Part shown: positions 47,683 to 56,952 of the stretch, one piece after another | How positions within the stretch are numbered: position 1 is the first letter of the stretch | Layout: the number at the start of each line of letters is the position of its first letter | Assembly (NCBI GenBank): GCA_900315225.1 | Contig: OMYM01000142.1 | Location: 19,919 to 83,918, forward strand | Length of the DNA stretch: 64,000 nucleotides | Source: an uncultured Erysipelotrichaceae bacterium | GTDB taxonomy: Bacteria > Bacillota_I > Bacilli_A > Erysipelotrichales > Erysipelotrichaceae | Direction of reading: 5' to 3' | Program-made: the position numbers and the translations under genes | The notes under the pieces: model-generated | Database searches by the model: none | Told to the model about the DNA's origin: nothing | The model's input: the letters and a program-made list of their open reading frames with translations, nothing else

Positions 47683-47970
47683 TTAAGCTTCTACAGTATA
47701 GACAGAAACCTGTTTTCTCTTCTTGCCAAGGCGCTCATACTTGACGATGCCTGACGCTGTTGCAAACAATGTATCGTCTCCGCCCTTCATGACATTCTTG
47801 CCCGGGTAGATTCTTGTGCCTCTCTGACGGTAAATAATGTTTCCAGCTTTAGCGAACTGGCCGTCCGCCTTCTTTGCGCCAAGTCTCCTGCCTGCCGAAT
47901 CACGACCGTTCTTGGTGGAAGAAACACCCTTTTTGCTGGCAAAAAACTGAATATCCAGTGTGAACTTCAT
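47683..47970 (-). CDS. rpmA: 50S ribosomal protein L27 with Prp-cleaved N-terminal extension
   Basis: [10 protein letters not shown]|[26 protein letters not shown]. Confidence 0.96.
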   Translation of the reverse strand: MKFTLDIQFFASKKGVSSTKNGRDSAGRRLGAKKADGQFAKAGNIIYRQRGTRIYPGKNVMKGGDDTLFATASGIVKYERLGKKRKQVSVYTVEA

Positions 47971-47974
47971 GTAT

Positions 47975-48283
47975 TTAGACCTCCGTAACCTTAATTTTCA
48001 AATACTTGCTTTGTTCAGCCGCCGTCTGCAGCTGTATGAGTCCAGTGCGCATCACCGCCTCGGACACAGTGGTAGGCTTGTCGATCCTAATGCGGACGAC
48101 ATTATCGCCAATCTCTATGTCTTCGATGCCGCACAGCTCATTGACCGCATTGCACAAGCCAAACGCAACGCCGCTAACCAGTGCGCATACAAGATCCTCG
48201 CCATGAGGCGCGCTATCCGCATGCCCTGATATCTCAAGGGACACAATCTGTCCGCCACAGGTCTTAAAGCGGGCTTTAATCAT
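47975..48283 (-). CDS. prp: Ribosomal-processing cysteine protease Prp (YsxB)
   Basis: SGHA....G.DLVCA.VS; position between rplU and rpmA. Confidence 0.92.
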   Translation of the reverse strand: MIKARFKTCGGQIVSLEISGHADSAPHGEDLVCALVSGVAFGLCNAVNELCGIEDIEIGDNVVRIRIDKPTTVSEAVMRTGLIQLQTAAEQSKYLKIKVTEV

Positions 48284-48594
48284 TATGCCTCAATGGATTC
48301 AACCAGCAACCTTGTATATGGCTGCCTATGACCCTGTCTGCGGCGTGTGGAACCCTTCTTTTGCTTGTACTTGAAGATACGAATCTTTCTTTCCTTGCCT
48401 TGCTTCTCCACCTTGCAAACGACCTTTGCTCCTTCAACATATGGAGTTCCGATCTTTGTCGTGCCATCGCTGACAAGAACAACCTTGTCAATCACCACTT
48501 CTTGATCTACCTCAACGTCGAGCTTCTCGACGAAGATGGACTGTCCAGCCTCTACCATCAGCTGCTTTCCGCCTGTTTCGATAATTGCGTACAA
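48283..48594 (-). CDS. rplU: 50S ribosomal protein L21
   Basis: [27 protein letters not shown] start after AAGGAGGTG. Confidence 0.96.
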   Translation of the reverse strand: MYAIIETGGKQLMVEAGQSIFVEKLDVEVDQEVVIDKVVLVSDGTTKIGTPYVEGAKVVCKVEKQGKERKIRIFKYKQKKGSTRRRQGHRQPYTRLLVESIEA

Positions 48595-48604
48595 ATCAAA
48601 CACC

Positions 48605-48692
48605 TCCTTATTATCTTAAGACGCGCCATGCAGGGAGCTTGCGCATTACCCTGTTCTGAGCGGTTACCGACCCGAGAGGGTTGATAACGGCA
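48605..48692 (-). promoter_or_regulatory. L21 leader RNA region (promoter TTGACG-17-TAATAT just upstream)
   Basis: Structured 5' UTR with ACCGC...CAGGG...CCCTG..GGCG.GTC elements preceding rplU. Confidence 0.6.
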
Positions 48693-48726
48693 CTATATTA
48701 CATGCTTTCATTAACATCGTCAACAA

Positions 48727-48969
48727 CTATTTCATTAGCTTGGCAGCTTTTTTCACGAACTTTGGGCGATCTCTTTCGGCGCAATTACTCAAACTGGTAA
48801 GCGCCGAGAATATTTTGAGCTTTTCATCTGTTGAATAGCTATCATCTGTCTCGATTCTCAAGATGGTCGGGCTTAATGCGTCCAGCAGGTCTCTCTCGCT
48901 GAATCGCTCACAACCGCGCATTGTCTTGGAAAACATCGCCGCCACCATTTGGTCATGTCGCATTGCCAT
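48727..48969 (-). CDS. Hypothetical protein
   Basis: 80 aa ORF coupled to the thiI stop (TAATG); GAGG upstream. Confidence 0.6.
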   Translation of the reverse strand: MAMRHDQMVAAMFSKTMRGCERFSERDLLDALSPTILRIETDDSYSTDEKLKIFSALTSLSNCAERDRPKFVKKAAKLMK

Positions 48970-50156
48970 TAAAGGAAATCCTCTCTTTCCCGTGATAGCC
49001 GCACCGTTTTGGTCTGAATAGTCTCCATGGCCTTGTCCAGCATGCTTTCATAGTCAAACTTTGCCTCATGCATCTGCGCTTTCTTGATCGTTGGCTTTGT
49101 GACCGGATTCTTTGGGTCAAAAATTGTGCAACAATCTTCAAACGGCAGGATCGAAGTTTCGTATGTCCCGATTTTTGTCGCCAGCCCGATGATTTCGAGC
49201 TTGTCGAAGCAAACCAGGGGACGAATCACGGGAATGCGCACGGCATCATTGATGCAAGCAATAGACTCAAGGGTCTGGGATGCGACCTGTCCAATGCTTT
49301 CACCCGTTGCGATCGCGAGGCATCCATTCTCATTGGCGATTCTTTCAGCCAAGCGGAACATCATGCGCCGCATTAATGTAATGGCGTAAGGATCCCCAGC
49401 TTTTTCATAGATCTTCAGCTGGAGGTTCGTGAAATTCACAACATGAAGCCGCATGTCGGATTGATATTCGCTTACCAGCGTTGCAAGATCCTCAACCTTC
49501 TTGCGCGCATTTTCGCTTGTATACGGCGGAGAAGCAAAATGCACAGCCTCAACCTTTAAGCCACGCTTCATCAGCTCATACGCAGCCACTGGTGAATCTA
49601 TCCCGCCCGAAAGCATTAACAAGACCTTCCCATTGATGCCAGCAGGATATCCTCCTGCACCAATGATCTTATCAGACGTGATGTAGGTTTCGTTCGCGTG
49701 GACTTCTATGCGAATGGCGAGCTGAGGATCGTGGACATCGACTTTCAAGGCAGTATTGCGCAAGATTTCTCCAGCGCACGCACGGTTGATCTCATCGCTT
49801 TTCATCGGGAAGCTCTTGTCATGGCGCCGCGTCATGATCTTGAAAGTCTGCTTATCGGACTCCTGGGCAATTTCCAAACATCTGGCCTTGATCACTTCAA
49901 TGTCCGTATCGACTTTTTCCGTGAAAGAAAAGGAACTGATGCCAAATACCTTGCACAGCCTCTGCTTTACGCACTGAGGATCCTGATCGGTCATTTTAAT
50001 GTAGATCCTGTCGTATGTCTTTCGGTATTCCAACCCCTCAATATCCGATAGCATGTCTTTGATATTCGCCATAAGGCGATTGATGAAGTCACGTCGGTTC
50101 TTGCCCTTCGTGCTCAGCTCGCCAAAGCGAATCAAAACCGTGTCATACTTAACCAT
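48969..50156 (-). CDS. thiI: tRNA 4-thiouridine synthase ThiI
   Basis: RFGEL.TKG.NR, THUMP domain, SGGIDSPVA, TGESIGQVASQT, EDCC. Confidence 0.96.
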   Translation of the reverse strand: MVKYDTVLIRFGELSTKGKNRRDFINRLMANIKDMLSDIEGLEYRKTYDRIYIKMTDQDPQCVKQRLCKVFGISSFSFTEKVDTDIEVIKARCLEIAQESDKQTFKIMTRRHDKSFPMKSDEINRACAGEILRNTALKVDVHDPQLAIRIEVHANETYITSDKIIGAGGYPAGINGKVLLMLSGGIDSPVAAYELMKRGLKVEAVHFASPPYTSENARKKVEDLATLVSEYQSDMRLHVVNFTNLQLKIYEKAGDPYAITLMRRMMFRLAERIANENGCLAIATGESIGQVASQTLESIACINDAVRIPVIRPLVCFDKLEIIGLATKIGTYETSILPFEDCCTIFDPKNPVTKPTIKKAQMHEAKFDYESMLDKAMETIQTKTVRLSREREDFL

Positions 50157-51288
50157 ATTTCTGAACCATCTCCTTTACCGCGCTCAAAAACGCGTCTATT
50201 TCCATCTCTGTGTTGTCATGCGAAAACGTTGCCCTGATACAAGCGCTTGCCCGTTCATCGCTGAAACCCATCGCCTTCAAGACATAACTAGGGTCCAAAG
50301 AACGTGAGGCGCATGTGCTACGCGCGGATACCATGAATCCACGTCGATTCAATTCATTCTGCATCACTTCACTGGTCATCTTGAGGCATGAGAAATTGAC
50401 AAAGCCTGGCGCCGCATCGACAGGGGAATTGATCACGATTCCATTGATCTTCCCAAGCCCTGCCAAAAGCCGTTCCTGAAGCATCTTTGTCCTTTCTTGC
50501 TTTTCCTCCATTCTCTCCATGGCAAGACGCAAGGTCTTTGCCATGACCAAGTTGACCAAGGCATTGCTGGTGCCACCGCGCAACCCACCTTCCTGTTCGC
50601 CGCCATTGATCAATGGCTCAAGCGGCACATGGCGCCGTCGAACCAAGATTCCGCTGCCCTTCAATCCCCCAAGCTTGTGCGCCGATATCGAAGCAAGGTC
50701 GATGTTCGTTAGATCGATGGGGATCTTGCCAACCGCCTGCGTCAAATCACAATGCATGTAGGCATGAGAATGCTTTTTCACATATTCAGCGATTTCGCCG
50801 ACTGGATTGATCGAGCCAACCTCGTTATTGACCATCATGACGGAGACGATGGCAGTATCTGGCCGCAATGCCGCCTTGACATCCTCTATTTGCACCTTCC
50901 CAGTGGAATCCACAGGAACATACGCTACGTCATAGCCAAAAACCCTTTCCATCTGCCGACATGCATTCAAAATGCTTGAGTGCTCGATATTCGTTGTCAC
51001 AATGTGTCGCTTCGACATATCCGCAAGGCATACGCCCTTGATAGCAGCCGAATTCGCCTCCGATGAGCCAGAGGTGAATATCACCTCTTCGCTAGATATT
51101 CCCAAAAGCCCGGCGATCGCTCCCCGGGCCTTCTCCATCATTCTGTTTATCTCTGTTCCTTCATCGTAAAGAGACTCGCTGTTTACATAATACCTATCCA
51201 GCAAATCCTTGTATGTCTTGAGGACATCCGGATTGACATCCGTTGTGCTGGCATGATCCAAATATATCCTATTGCGCACCTTTAGCAT
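50149..51288 (-). CDS. Cysteine desulfurase (IscS/NifZ-type)
   Basis: YLD.A.TT, FTSG.SE.N, EH.S, SAHK.GG.KG.G, RGGT.N, S..STC; order ezrA-iscS-thiI. Confidence 0.92.
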   Translation of the reverse strand: MLKVRNRIYLDHASTTDVNPDVLKTYKDLLDRYYVNSESLYDEGTEINRMMEKARGAIAGLLGISSEEVIFTSGSSEANSAAIKGVCLADMSKRHIVTTNIEHSSILNACRQMERVFGYDVAYVPVDSTGKVQIEDVKAALRPDTAIVSVMMVNNEVGSINPVGEIAEYVKKHSHAYMHCDLTQAVGKIPIDLTNIDLASISAHKLGGLKGSGILVRRRHVPLEPLINGGEQEGGLRGGTSNALVNLVMAKTLRLAMERMEEKQERTKMLQERLLAGLGKINGIVINSPVDAAPGFVNFSCLKMTSEVMQNELNRRGFMVSARSTCASRSLDPSYVLKAMGFSDERASACIRATFSHDNTEMEIDAFLSAVKEMVQKYG

Positions 51289-52999
51289 TCTCCCTGATCA
51301 TAGACTCATAGTTGCCCGGATGGATCTTTTCAATTGTACCGATCGCATACTCCAAAGCCTGTGTATATTCCCCATTGCGGAAGCACAGCTCCGAGCGCGT
51401 CAATTCTGAATCAATGTCCGGGTATGTAGAACGGTAGCGGTTGCCAAATACAATCGTATTCTCAACCATCATCACCGATCCCACCGTATTGTTAACGTTA
51501 TTGTAAAGCGTATAGATAAAGTCCAGCGCCTCTTGCTGCACCGCCACCAGCAATTGCATGTTCAACGGGCTTTCGTTGACCAAGGACTTCATGCGCGCAA
51601 TGTACTCTTGCGCCTTACGCATGTCCGCATCGAATGTATCGGAAATGGAAGGAAGCTTGTACTTTCTTACTTTCACCTCCATCTGGTTCATGATAATCTG
51701 AAGCTTGACCAGCTGTTTCCTGATGCGGTCTTCATCCCCGGCAGCCGCTTCAAGCCTTGACCTCATTTCCTTGAAGGAATCGTTGCAGGCGCCAAATTGA
51801 TCACTCAACTGCTTCAACTGCCCGGTAATGACAGTCGCCGGCGTGTTTGCGCTTGAAATCAAGCTAAACACCGCTGGCTTTTTGTTGTTCAGCGAAGCAA
51901 GCCTGCTGCGGCAATTGGTGAACTCTTCCTCCATCGCTGTCAAGTCAAACTTGCCCGCGTTGGCGGCGATCGCTTGCTTGACAAATGTTGCGTTGGCATC
52001 CGTTTCAGCCTGAATCGCATTAATATCTCCTGCGATCTTCTGGATGTTATTGAATGATTCCGTCTCTTTAAAAACCGCTTCATCAAGTTGGTTGATCCGA
52101 TCCTTGTACGAATCCAGGTTTTCCCGAATACCTTCCACCACGCCTTCCTTGAGGTTGTTGAGATCCGTGCGCAAAGACTCCGCAAGGACATTTAGCTGCC
52201 TTTCAATCTCCAAGTGCTTGAGGTACACACCCCTGTTTCGGTTGACGATATAGTCATGCTGCAGATTCTCGGCCATCTTGGGAATCACGCCGCGCGCATC
52301 CTCAAGAAGCGATGGCATCTCATTGACCTTTGCCTCCAGTTCGTCAAGCTCCGCAGTGATAATCTCCAACTCATGGTTCGCATTGTCATAATCATTGGAA
52401 TACATCCACTCCTCAAACGTGGAGAATCGTTTTTCAATTTCACCAATCCTCTTTTCAATCAAATCCCAGCTGTACGAAAGCATCTGGGAATTCTCTTGCG
52501 CCTGATTCTTCAGGATGCGGAAACGGTTTTTCAGGATGTTCACGCCCTGCCGCTGCTCTGTCTCGCGCGATAGAATATCATCCAAGACACCATCAAGGTT
52601 GCGAGCATCATTCTCCGCCAGCGTCAGGTCAGTCTCCAAATCCGTCAACAGCTTGTCGGCCTTTCCAAGCTTGCCGACAAGGATCTCATCCTCAGCTTCC
52701 GCCAGTTGGTTCGCAATCCGGGAGATTTCTGCCTGCGTGCCATCGTAGCTACGCTTTGCGTCCGCCACCTTTTGCGCCGTCTGCTGATCCACCCGGCTAA
52801 TCGCAACGGCCTTGTTCATTTTCAAGGAAATCGGAATGCTTTTCAGTGCATTGTACCGTTCCTCAAGCTCCGTCAGCTCTTTTTTAAACTGAACAGTCTT
52901 GAATCTTTGCACAACCAGCCATGCGACCAACACTAGCAATAGCACGAAAATCACAACGACCACCTTGACATCAGAAATAAAGCTTAAAAACTGATTCAT
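51269..52999 (-). CDS. ezrA: Septation ring formation regulator EzrA
   Basis: N-terminal TM, long coiled coil, C-terminal FGNRYR (QNR patch); synteny with rpsD and iscS-thiI. Confidence 0.88.
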   Translation of the reverse strand: MNQFLSFISDVKVVVVIFVLLLVLVAWLVVQRFKTVQFKKELTELEERYNALKSIPISLKMNKAVAISRVDQQTAQKVADAKRSYDGTQAEISRIANQLAEAEDEILVGKLGKADKLLTDLETDLTLAENDARNLDGVLDDILSRETEQRQGVNILKNRFRILKNQAQENSQMLSYSWDLIEKRIGEIEKRFSTFEEWMYSNDYDNANHELEIITAELDELEAKVNEMPSLLEDARGVIPKMAENLQHDYIVNRNRGVYLKHLEIERQLNVLAESLRTDLNNLKEGVVEGIRENLDSYKDRINQLDEAVFKETESFNNIQKIAGDINAIQAETDANATFVKQAIAANAGKFDLTAMEEEFTNCRSRLASLNNKKPAVFSLISSANTPATVITGQLKQLSDQFGACNDSFKEMRSRLEAAAGDEDRIRKQLVKLQIIMNQMEVKVRKYKLPSISDTFDADMRKAQEYIARMKSLVNESPLNMQLLVAVQQEALDFIYTLYNNVNNTVGSVMMVENTIVFGNRYRSTYPDIDSELTRSELCFRNGEYTQALEYAIGTIEKIHPGNYESMIRENAKGAQ

Positions 53000-53103
53000 G
53001 AAACCCCCTTCTCGCAGTTCATCATATTTTAACACATAAACAATCGTGGTGACTCAATGATTTTCCTAAGAGGCAAAAGATCATCGGATTTTAAACTTTT
53101 CAC

Positions 53104-53132
53104 TTGACTTTTCAGACAAAAAGTGGTAGAAT
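53104..53132 (+). promoter_or_regulatory. Sigma-A promoter of rpsD
   Basis: TTGACT-17 bp-TAGAAT with an extended TG. Confidence 0.75.
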
Positions 53133-53137
53133 CGTTC

Positions 53138-53305
53138 CTGCGTTAAATGACTGCAGCTTGCGTAGTCATGCAAATCCAGCGTTTCCGCCGCTATCTGATA
53201 GCGCACCTAAGTAACTCGCTGCACGAAATTGCGAAAGGGTTCACGGAAACACCTTGTATTGATGATTCGCACCTGTTGTTGTTTTCGGCCATTATTTATC
53301 AGGAG
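53138..53305 (+). promoter_or_regulatory. S4 (rpsD) leader RNA
   Basis: Long structured 5' UTR with GTAAC..GCTGC..GAAAGG elements, as in Firmicute S4 autoregulatory leaders. Confidence 0.6.
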
Positions 53306-53315
53306 GAAACAAAAC

Positions 53316-53918
53316 ATGGCACGTTACACTGGTCCTATTTGGAAGAAATCCAGACGTTTAAGCTTCTCCGTCCTTGAGACAGGCGAGGAACTCAAAAAAA
53401 GACAGTATGCGCCAGGCCAGCATGGTCCTACAAAGCGCATCAAGCTAAGCGGATATGGCCTGCAGCTTCGCGAGAAGCAGAGGGTTCGCTACATGTATGG
53501 CTTGAACGAAAGACAGTTCTCCAACCTTTTCAAAAAGGCTTCGAAGATGAAGGGCATGGCAGGTCTCAATTTCCTTGTCTTGCTCGAAAGCAGGCTTGAC
53601 AACCTTGTTTACCGCCTTGGCTTCGCAAGAACTCGTAGAGCTGCAAGACAGCTTGTCACACACGGCCACATTGAGGTCAACGGCAAGAAGCTTGACATCC
53701 CTAGCGCCGAGATTGCTGTCGGAAGCGAGATCGCTGTCCGTGAAAGATCCAAGAACATGAAGGCTATCGCCGAATCCCTTGAGTCCAATATCAGCACACC
53801 TGCATTTGTGACTGTCGATAAGGAAAACAAAAAAGGCACATATGTTCGCCTTCCTGAAAGAAGCGAACTCAACCAGGAAATCAATGAATCCCTGATCGTT
53901 GAATTCTACAACCGTTAA
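53316..53918 (+). CDS. rpsD: 30S ribosomal protein S4
   Basis: MARYTGP.WK.SRR, PGQHG, LE.RLDN.VYRLG, IVEFYNR. Confidence 0.97.
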   Translation: MARYTGPIWKKSRRLSFSVLETGEELKKRQYAPGQHGPTKRIKLSGYGLQLREKQRVRYMYGLNERQFSNLFKKASKMKGMAGLNFLVLLESRLDNLVYRLGFARTRRAARQLVTHGHIEVNGKKLDIPSAEIAVGSEIAVRERSKNMKAIAESLESNISTPAFVTVDKENKKGTYVRLPERSELNQEINESLIVEFYNR

Positions 53919-53941
53919 TCTTTAGCGAGAAATGTGCATGC

Positions 53942-53970
53942 AAAAAGCCGTCCAATTTGGACGGCTTTAT
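53942..53970. terminator. Bidirectional terminator between rpsD and the GH36 gene
   Basis: aaaagccgtccaa-t-ttggacggcttt. Confidence 0.8.
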
Positions 53971-53982
53971 TGTTTGATTTCG

Positions 53983-55566
53983 TCAGTGCGAGAAAGACAA
54001 ACACCTTCTCTGTTCTTTCCCATCAAGAACAAATATTGCCTCGACATGACCCTTTGGTTGCTTTAGATGAACTTCCTTTGCCTGGGTGTATCGGCGCATT
54101 TCCCGGTACAGTGCAACCTTCTCCTCGTCATATCCTGCCGCATTGTCCGACATTAGAAACACGCCTCCAGCAAGCGCATCCAACATCGCCAAGTCGCGTT
54201 TGCACGAATGGGACAAGTCCAAATTGTCCTCGCGCAGGAAAAACACGTCTGGGTCAGACAGGTATGCCCTGCCATTGAGCTGGCTTCGGCTGACAATATT
54301 GTCGATGGCATTCTTAGTAGATGGTCTTTCCCTATGAATCAACCTCATATGCACCTTGTCGTTCCAATCCAAAGTCACATCACAACCAATGCGACAATAA
54401 TCAACCAAGCCAAAAGCACTCATCACCGGCACCCCACAGCCAAGGATCAGCTTTTCTCCACACCATTTCCTCAATAACCTCATTGCCCTGTCCATGCGAC
54501 CGCCCCGTGTCTCGGTCATATTGCCAAAAGGCGCAGCACCATAAAGAAAATCCAGCTTGACAAGATCAAAGCCCCACTCATTCAACACACGGTCAAATAC
54601 CTTTTCAAGATAGGCAATGACCTCGGGGTTGCCTATGTCTAGGGAATAGAAGCCAGACCAATTGCAGCCATCTTTCCAAGGCTTTCCGTCCTTCATAAAG
54701 AACCAATCGCGATGCGTGGAGAACAATTCTGATTTCTCCTCGGCAACGAATGGCGCAAGCCAAAGACCGGCTTTGTATCCAGCCGCATGAATCTGGTCGC
54801 AAACATTCTTCATGCCATTGGGGAATTTCTTTTCGTCGCAAGCCAGCCAATCTCCAACATATGGCTCCCAGCCATCGTCTACTTGGAAAAGATCGCCTTT
54901 TTCAAATATTCTGGAACACCCTTCCAAGTCCGCCAGTATTGTATCTTCGCTGATATTTTGGTAACGGTTATACCAACTGGAATACCCGAAGAGTTTCTGT
55001 GTGGTGCGCGGCTTGATCCCCATTGCCTCAAACCAGGCATCAAACACATGATCTTCGCTGCCCTCAGCATAAAACAAGTCAAGCAGTGGATATTCCCCAT
55101 TGCATTTGACATCTGCGCAATCACGTTCTATCACCAAGACATCTTGGCTGGCATCATAACAAAACATGGTATACCCTGGTTTCTCATCCAGCGAAGCAAA
55201 CAAACGATAAAACTCCCCTTGCCTGAACCAGCAGTATGAGAATCCATGGAGAATCCCCCTTTGGTTCGGGTAGCTGACGAAATGATAGTCGCCATAGCGG
55301 TCAAAAGAATATTTTTCAATGATCGCCCTTGGAATCCCGTGTACGCCCCTGATCTTATCTTTTTTCTTGTATAACGGGCAATGCGTCCAAGTCTGAAAAC
55401 CATTCATAAACACCGTCTCGGAGTTCTTGACATTAATGTCTACGACAGCCTTTACACTCTCAATAACACCCGTCAAATTGGCGTGGATATGTGTTGCGCC
55501 AATGTCCGCCTGGATTTTTCCAGAACACTCATCGACATCTGTCTTTGCCATCCAATGGATTATCAT
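53983..55566 (-). CDS. Glycoside hydrolase family 36 (alpha-galactosidase-like)
   Basis: SSWY, FQVDDGW, KFPNG, GLWLAPF, VKLDF, RIG.D. Confidence 0.85.
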   Translation of the reverse strand: MIIHWMAKTDVDECSGKIQADIGATHIHANLTGVIESVKAVVDINVKNSETVFMNGFQTWTHCPLYKKKDKIRGVHGIPRAIIEKYSFDRYGDYHFVSYPNQRGILHGFSYCWFRQGEFYRLFASLDEKPGYTMFCYDASQDVLVIERDCADVKCNGEYPLLDLFYAEGSEDHVFDAWFEAMGIKPRTTQKLFGYSSWYNRYQNISEDTILADLEGCSRIFEKGDLFQVDDGWEPYVGDWLACDEKKFPNGMKNVCDQIHAAGYKAGLWLAPFVAEEKSELFSTHRDWFFMKDGKPWKDGCNWSGFYSLDIGNPEVIAYLEKVFDRVLNEWGFDLVKLDFLYGAAPFGNMTETRGGRMDRAMRLLRKWCGEKLILGCGVPVMSAFGLVDYCRIGCDVTLDWNDKVHMRLIHRERPSTKNAIDNIVSRSQLNGRAYLSDPDVFFLREDNLDLSHSCKRDLAMLDALAGGVFLMSDNAAGYDEEKVALYREMRRYTQAKEVHLKQPKGHVEAIFVLDGKEQRRCLSFSH

Positions 55567-56948
55567 GCCTTTCTCCTTTCGCGCAGCTGAAGCGCGATTT
55601 CCTCCGCCTTTTCATCCGTCAAAATAAACTTTCTCTTAAAGACAAGAAGCGCAATGAGCAGTCCCGCAATCGGTATTAATGTCATCAGCAGGCGCAAGCC
55701 CATCAGCGTCTGGACCGATTGTTCGACAACCATCGACTCTTGATCTGTATTTCCCACAAGGCCGATGATATCAAGTCCTACGCCAGTCATGAATACCGCA
55801 AAGCCAGAAGCCGCCTTGACGACAAACGTCTGCATGGAGAAAATGACACTTTCCTCGCGATGACCCGTTTTCAATTCGCCATAGTCGACCGTTCCAGAAA
55901 GAAACACCGTTGTCAACACTGTCAGAATGCCATTGGACATGAAGACAAGCAATCCTGGAACAAGAAGCACCGGCAAAGATCCCGACAAGCCAGCAAGGCA
56001 CGTTGCAAGAAGCATTGCATACCCCATGATCGCGGTACACAGGCAAATCGTAAAAATCTGCGTATTGCCCAATCTTTTGCGAAGCATCGGATAAACAAGC
56101 ATCATGCCAAGGATCTGTGATCCACCTCCCACCGAGCTGAATATGGTATATGTTGACTGCCAATCGGCGCCGCCAAGGTCATATTTGAAGAAGTAGATGA
56201 TAAGGTTGGAAGTAATGTACAACGCGCAATTGATGAGAACGATTGTCACAACGGTAACCATTGCCTGGTCATTGGCAAACAGCGCTTTGAACATGTCCGA
56301 GACACCAACCGTCTCCATGGTGCCTTTTTGCTCGCTTGGTTCCTTGATCAACATGCAGCAAATGACTTCGCTGACGACAAACAAGACTGCCACAATCAAG
56401 GCAAGTCGCCCAAAGCCAACCACTTCATTTCCACTCCCGAGTACCTTGACGCTCATGACCGTGAAAATCGTGATCAATGCATTTCCAACTCCGGCACATG
56501 TCCTGCCGACCACCGACATGCCCTCGCGGTCGGCAGCATTGTCCGTGACCGCCGGGATCATAGACCAATACGGGATGTCCATCATGGTGTAGGTAACGCC
56601 CCAAAGGATGTAGACTACCGAGAAAAACGTCATCAGCGCCTTGCCCTGAAGGCTTCCTGCGCTAAACAAGGCAAACAAGACGAAAGCATTGAGAAGTGTC
56701 CCGCTCAACAGCCAAGGCCTGAATCTTCCCCACTTTGTATTTGTCTTTGCGACAAGCACGCCCATGAACGGATCGTTCAACGCGTCAAATATACGGGCAA
56801 TCATCAAGATGAGTCCGACAAACGTTGCGGAAATGCCAAGAAGGTCTTGATAGTAATACATGACATAGGACGCGCTTAGCGCATATACCATGTCCTTGCC
56901 TATGGCCCCTAGGCCATAGGCAGCCATCTGTCTTTTATCAAATTTCAT
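55563..56948 (-). CDS. Glycoside-pentoside-hexuronide (MelB/LacS-like) MFS transporter
   Basis: YG.GA.GKD, RIFDA.NDP..G, T..GRFRPW, DIPYWS, VDYGE...G.R.E. Confidence 0.9.
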   Translation of the reverse strand: MKFDKRQMAAYGLGAIGKDMVYALSASYVMYYYQDLLGISATFVGLILMIARIFDALNDPFMGVLVAKTNTKWGRFRPWLLSGTLLNAFVLFALFSAGSLQGKALMTFFSVVYILWGVTYTMMDIPYWSMIPAVTDNAADREGMSVVGRTCAGVGNALITIFTVMSVKVLGSGNEVVGFGRLALIVAVLFVVSEVICCMLIKEPSEQKGTMETVGVSDMFKALFANDQAMVTVVTIVLINCALYITSNLIIYFFKYDLGGADWQSTYTIFSSVGGGSQILGMMLVYPMLRKRLGNTQIFTICLCTAIMGYAMLLATCLAGLSGSLPVLLVPGLLVFMSNGILTVLTTVFLSGTVDYGELKTGHREESVIFSMQTFVVKAASGFAVFMTGVGLDIIGLVGNTDQESMVVEQSVQTLMGLRLLMTLIPIAGLLIALLVFKRKFILTDEKAEEIALQLRERRKA

Positions 56949-56952
56949 TTCC

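Noticed and set aside
47683-48594. L27 N-terminal extension with an adjacent protease as a novelty
   Set aside because: This is the known rplU-prp-rpmA arrangement of Firmicutes.
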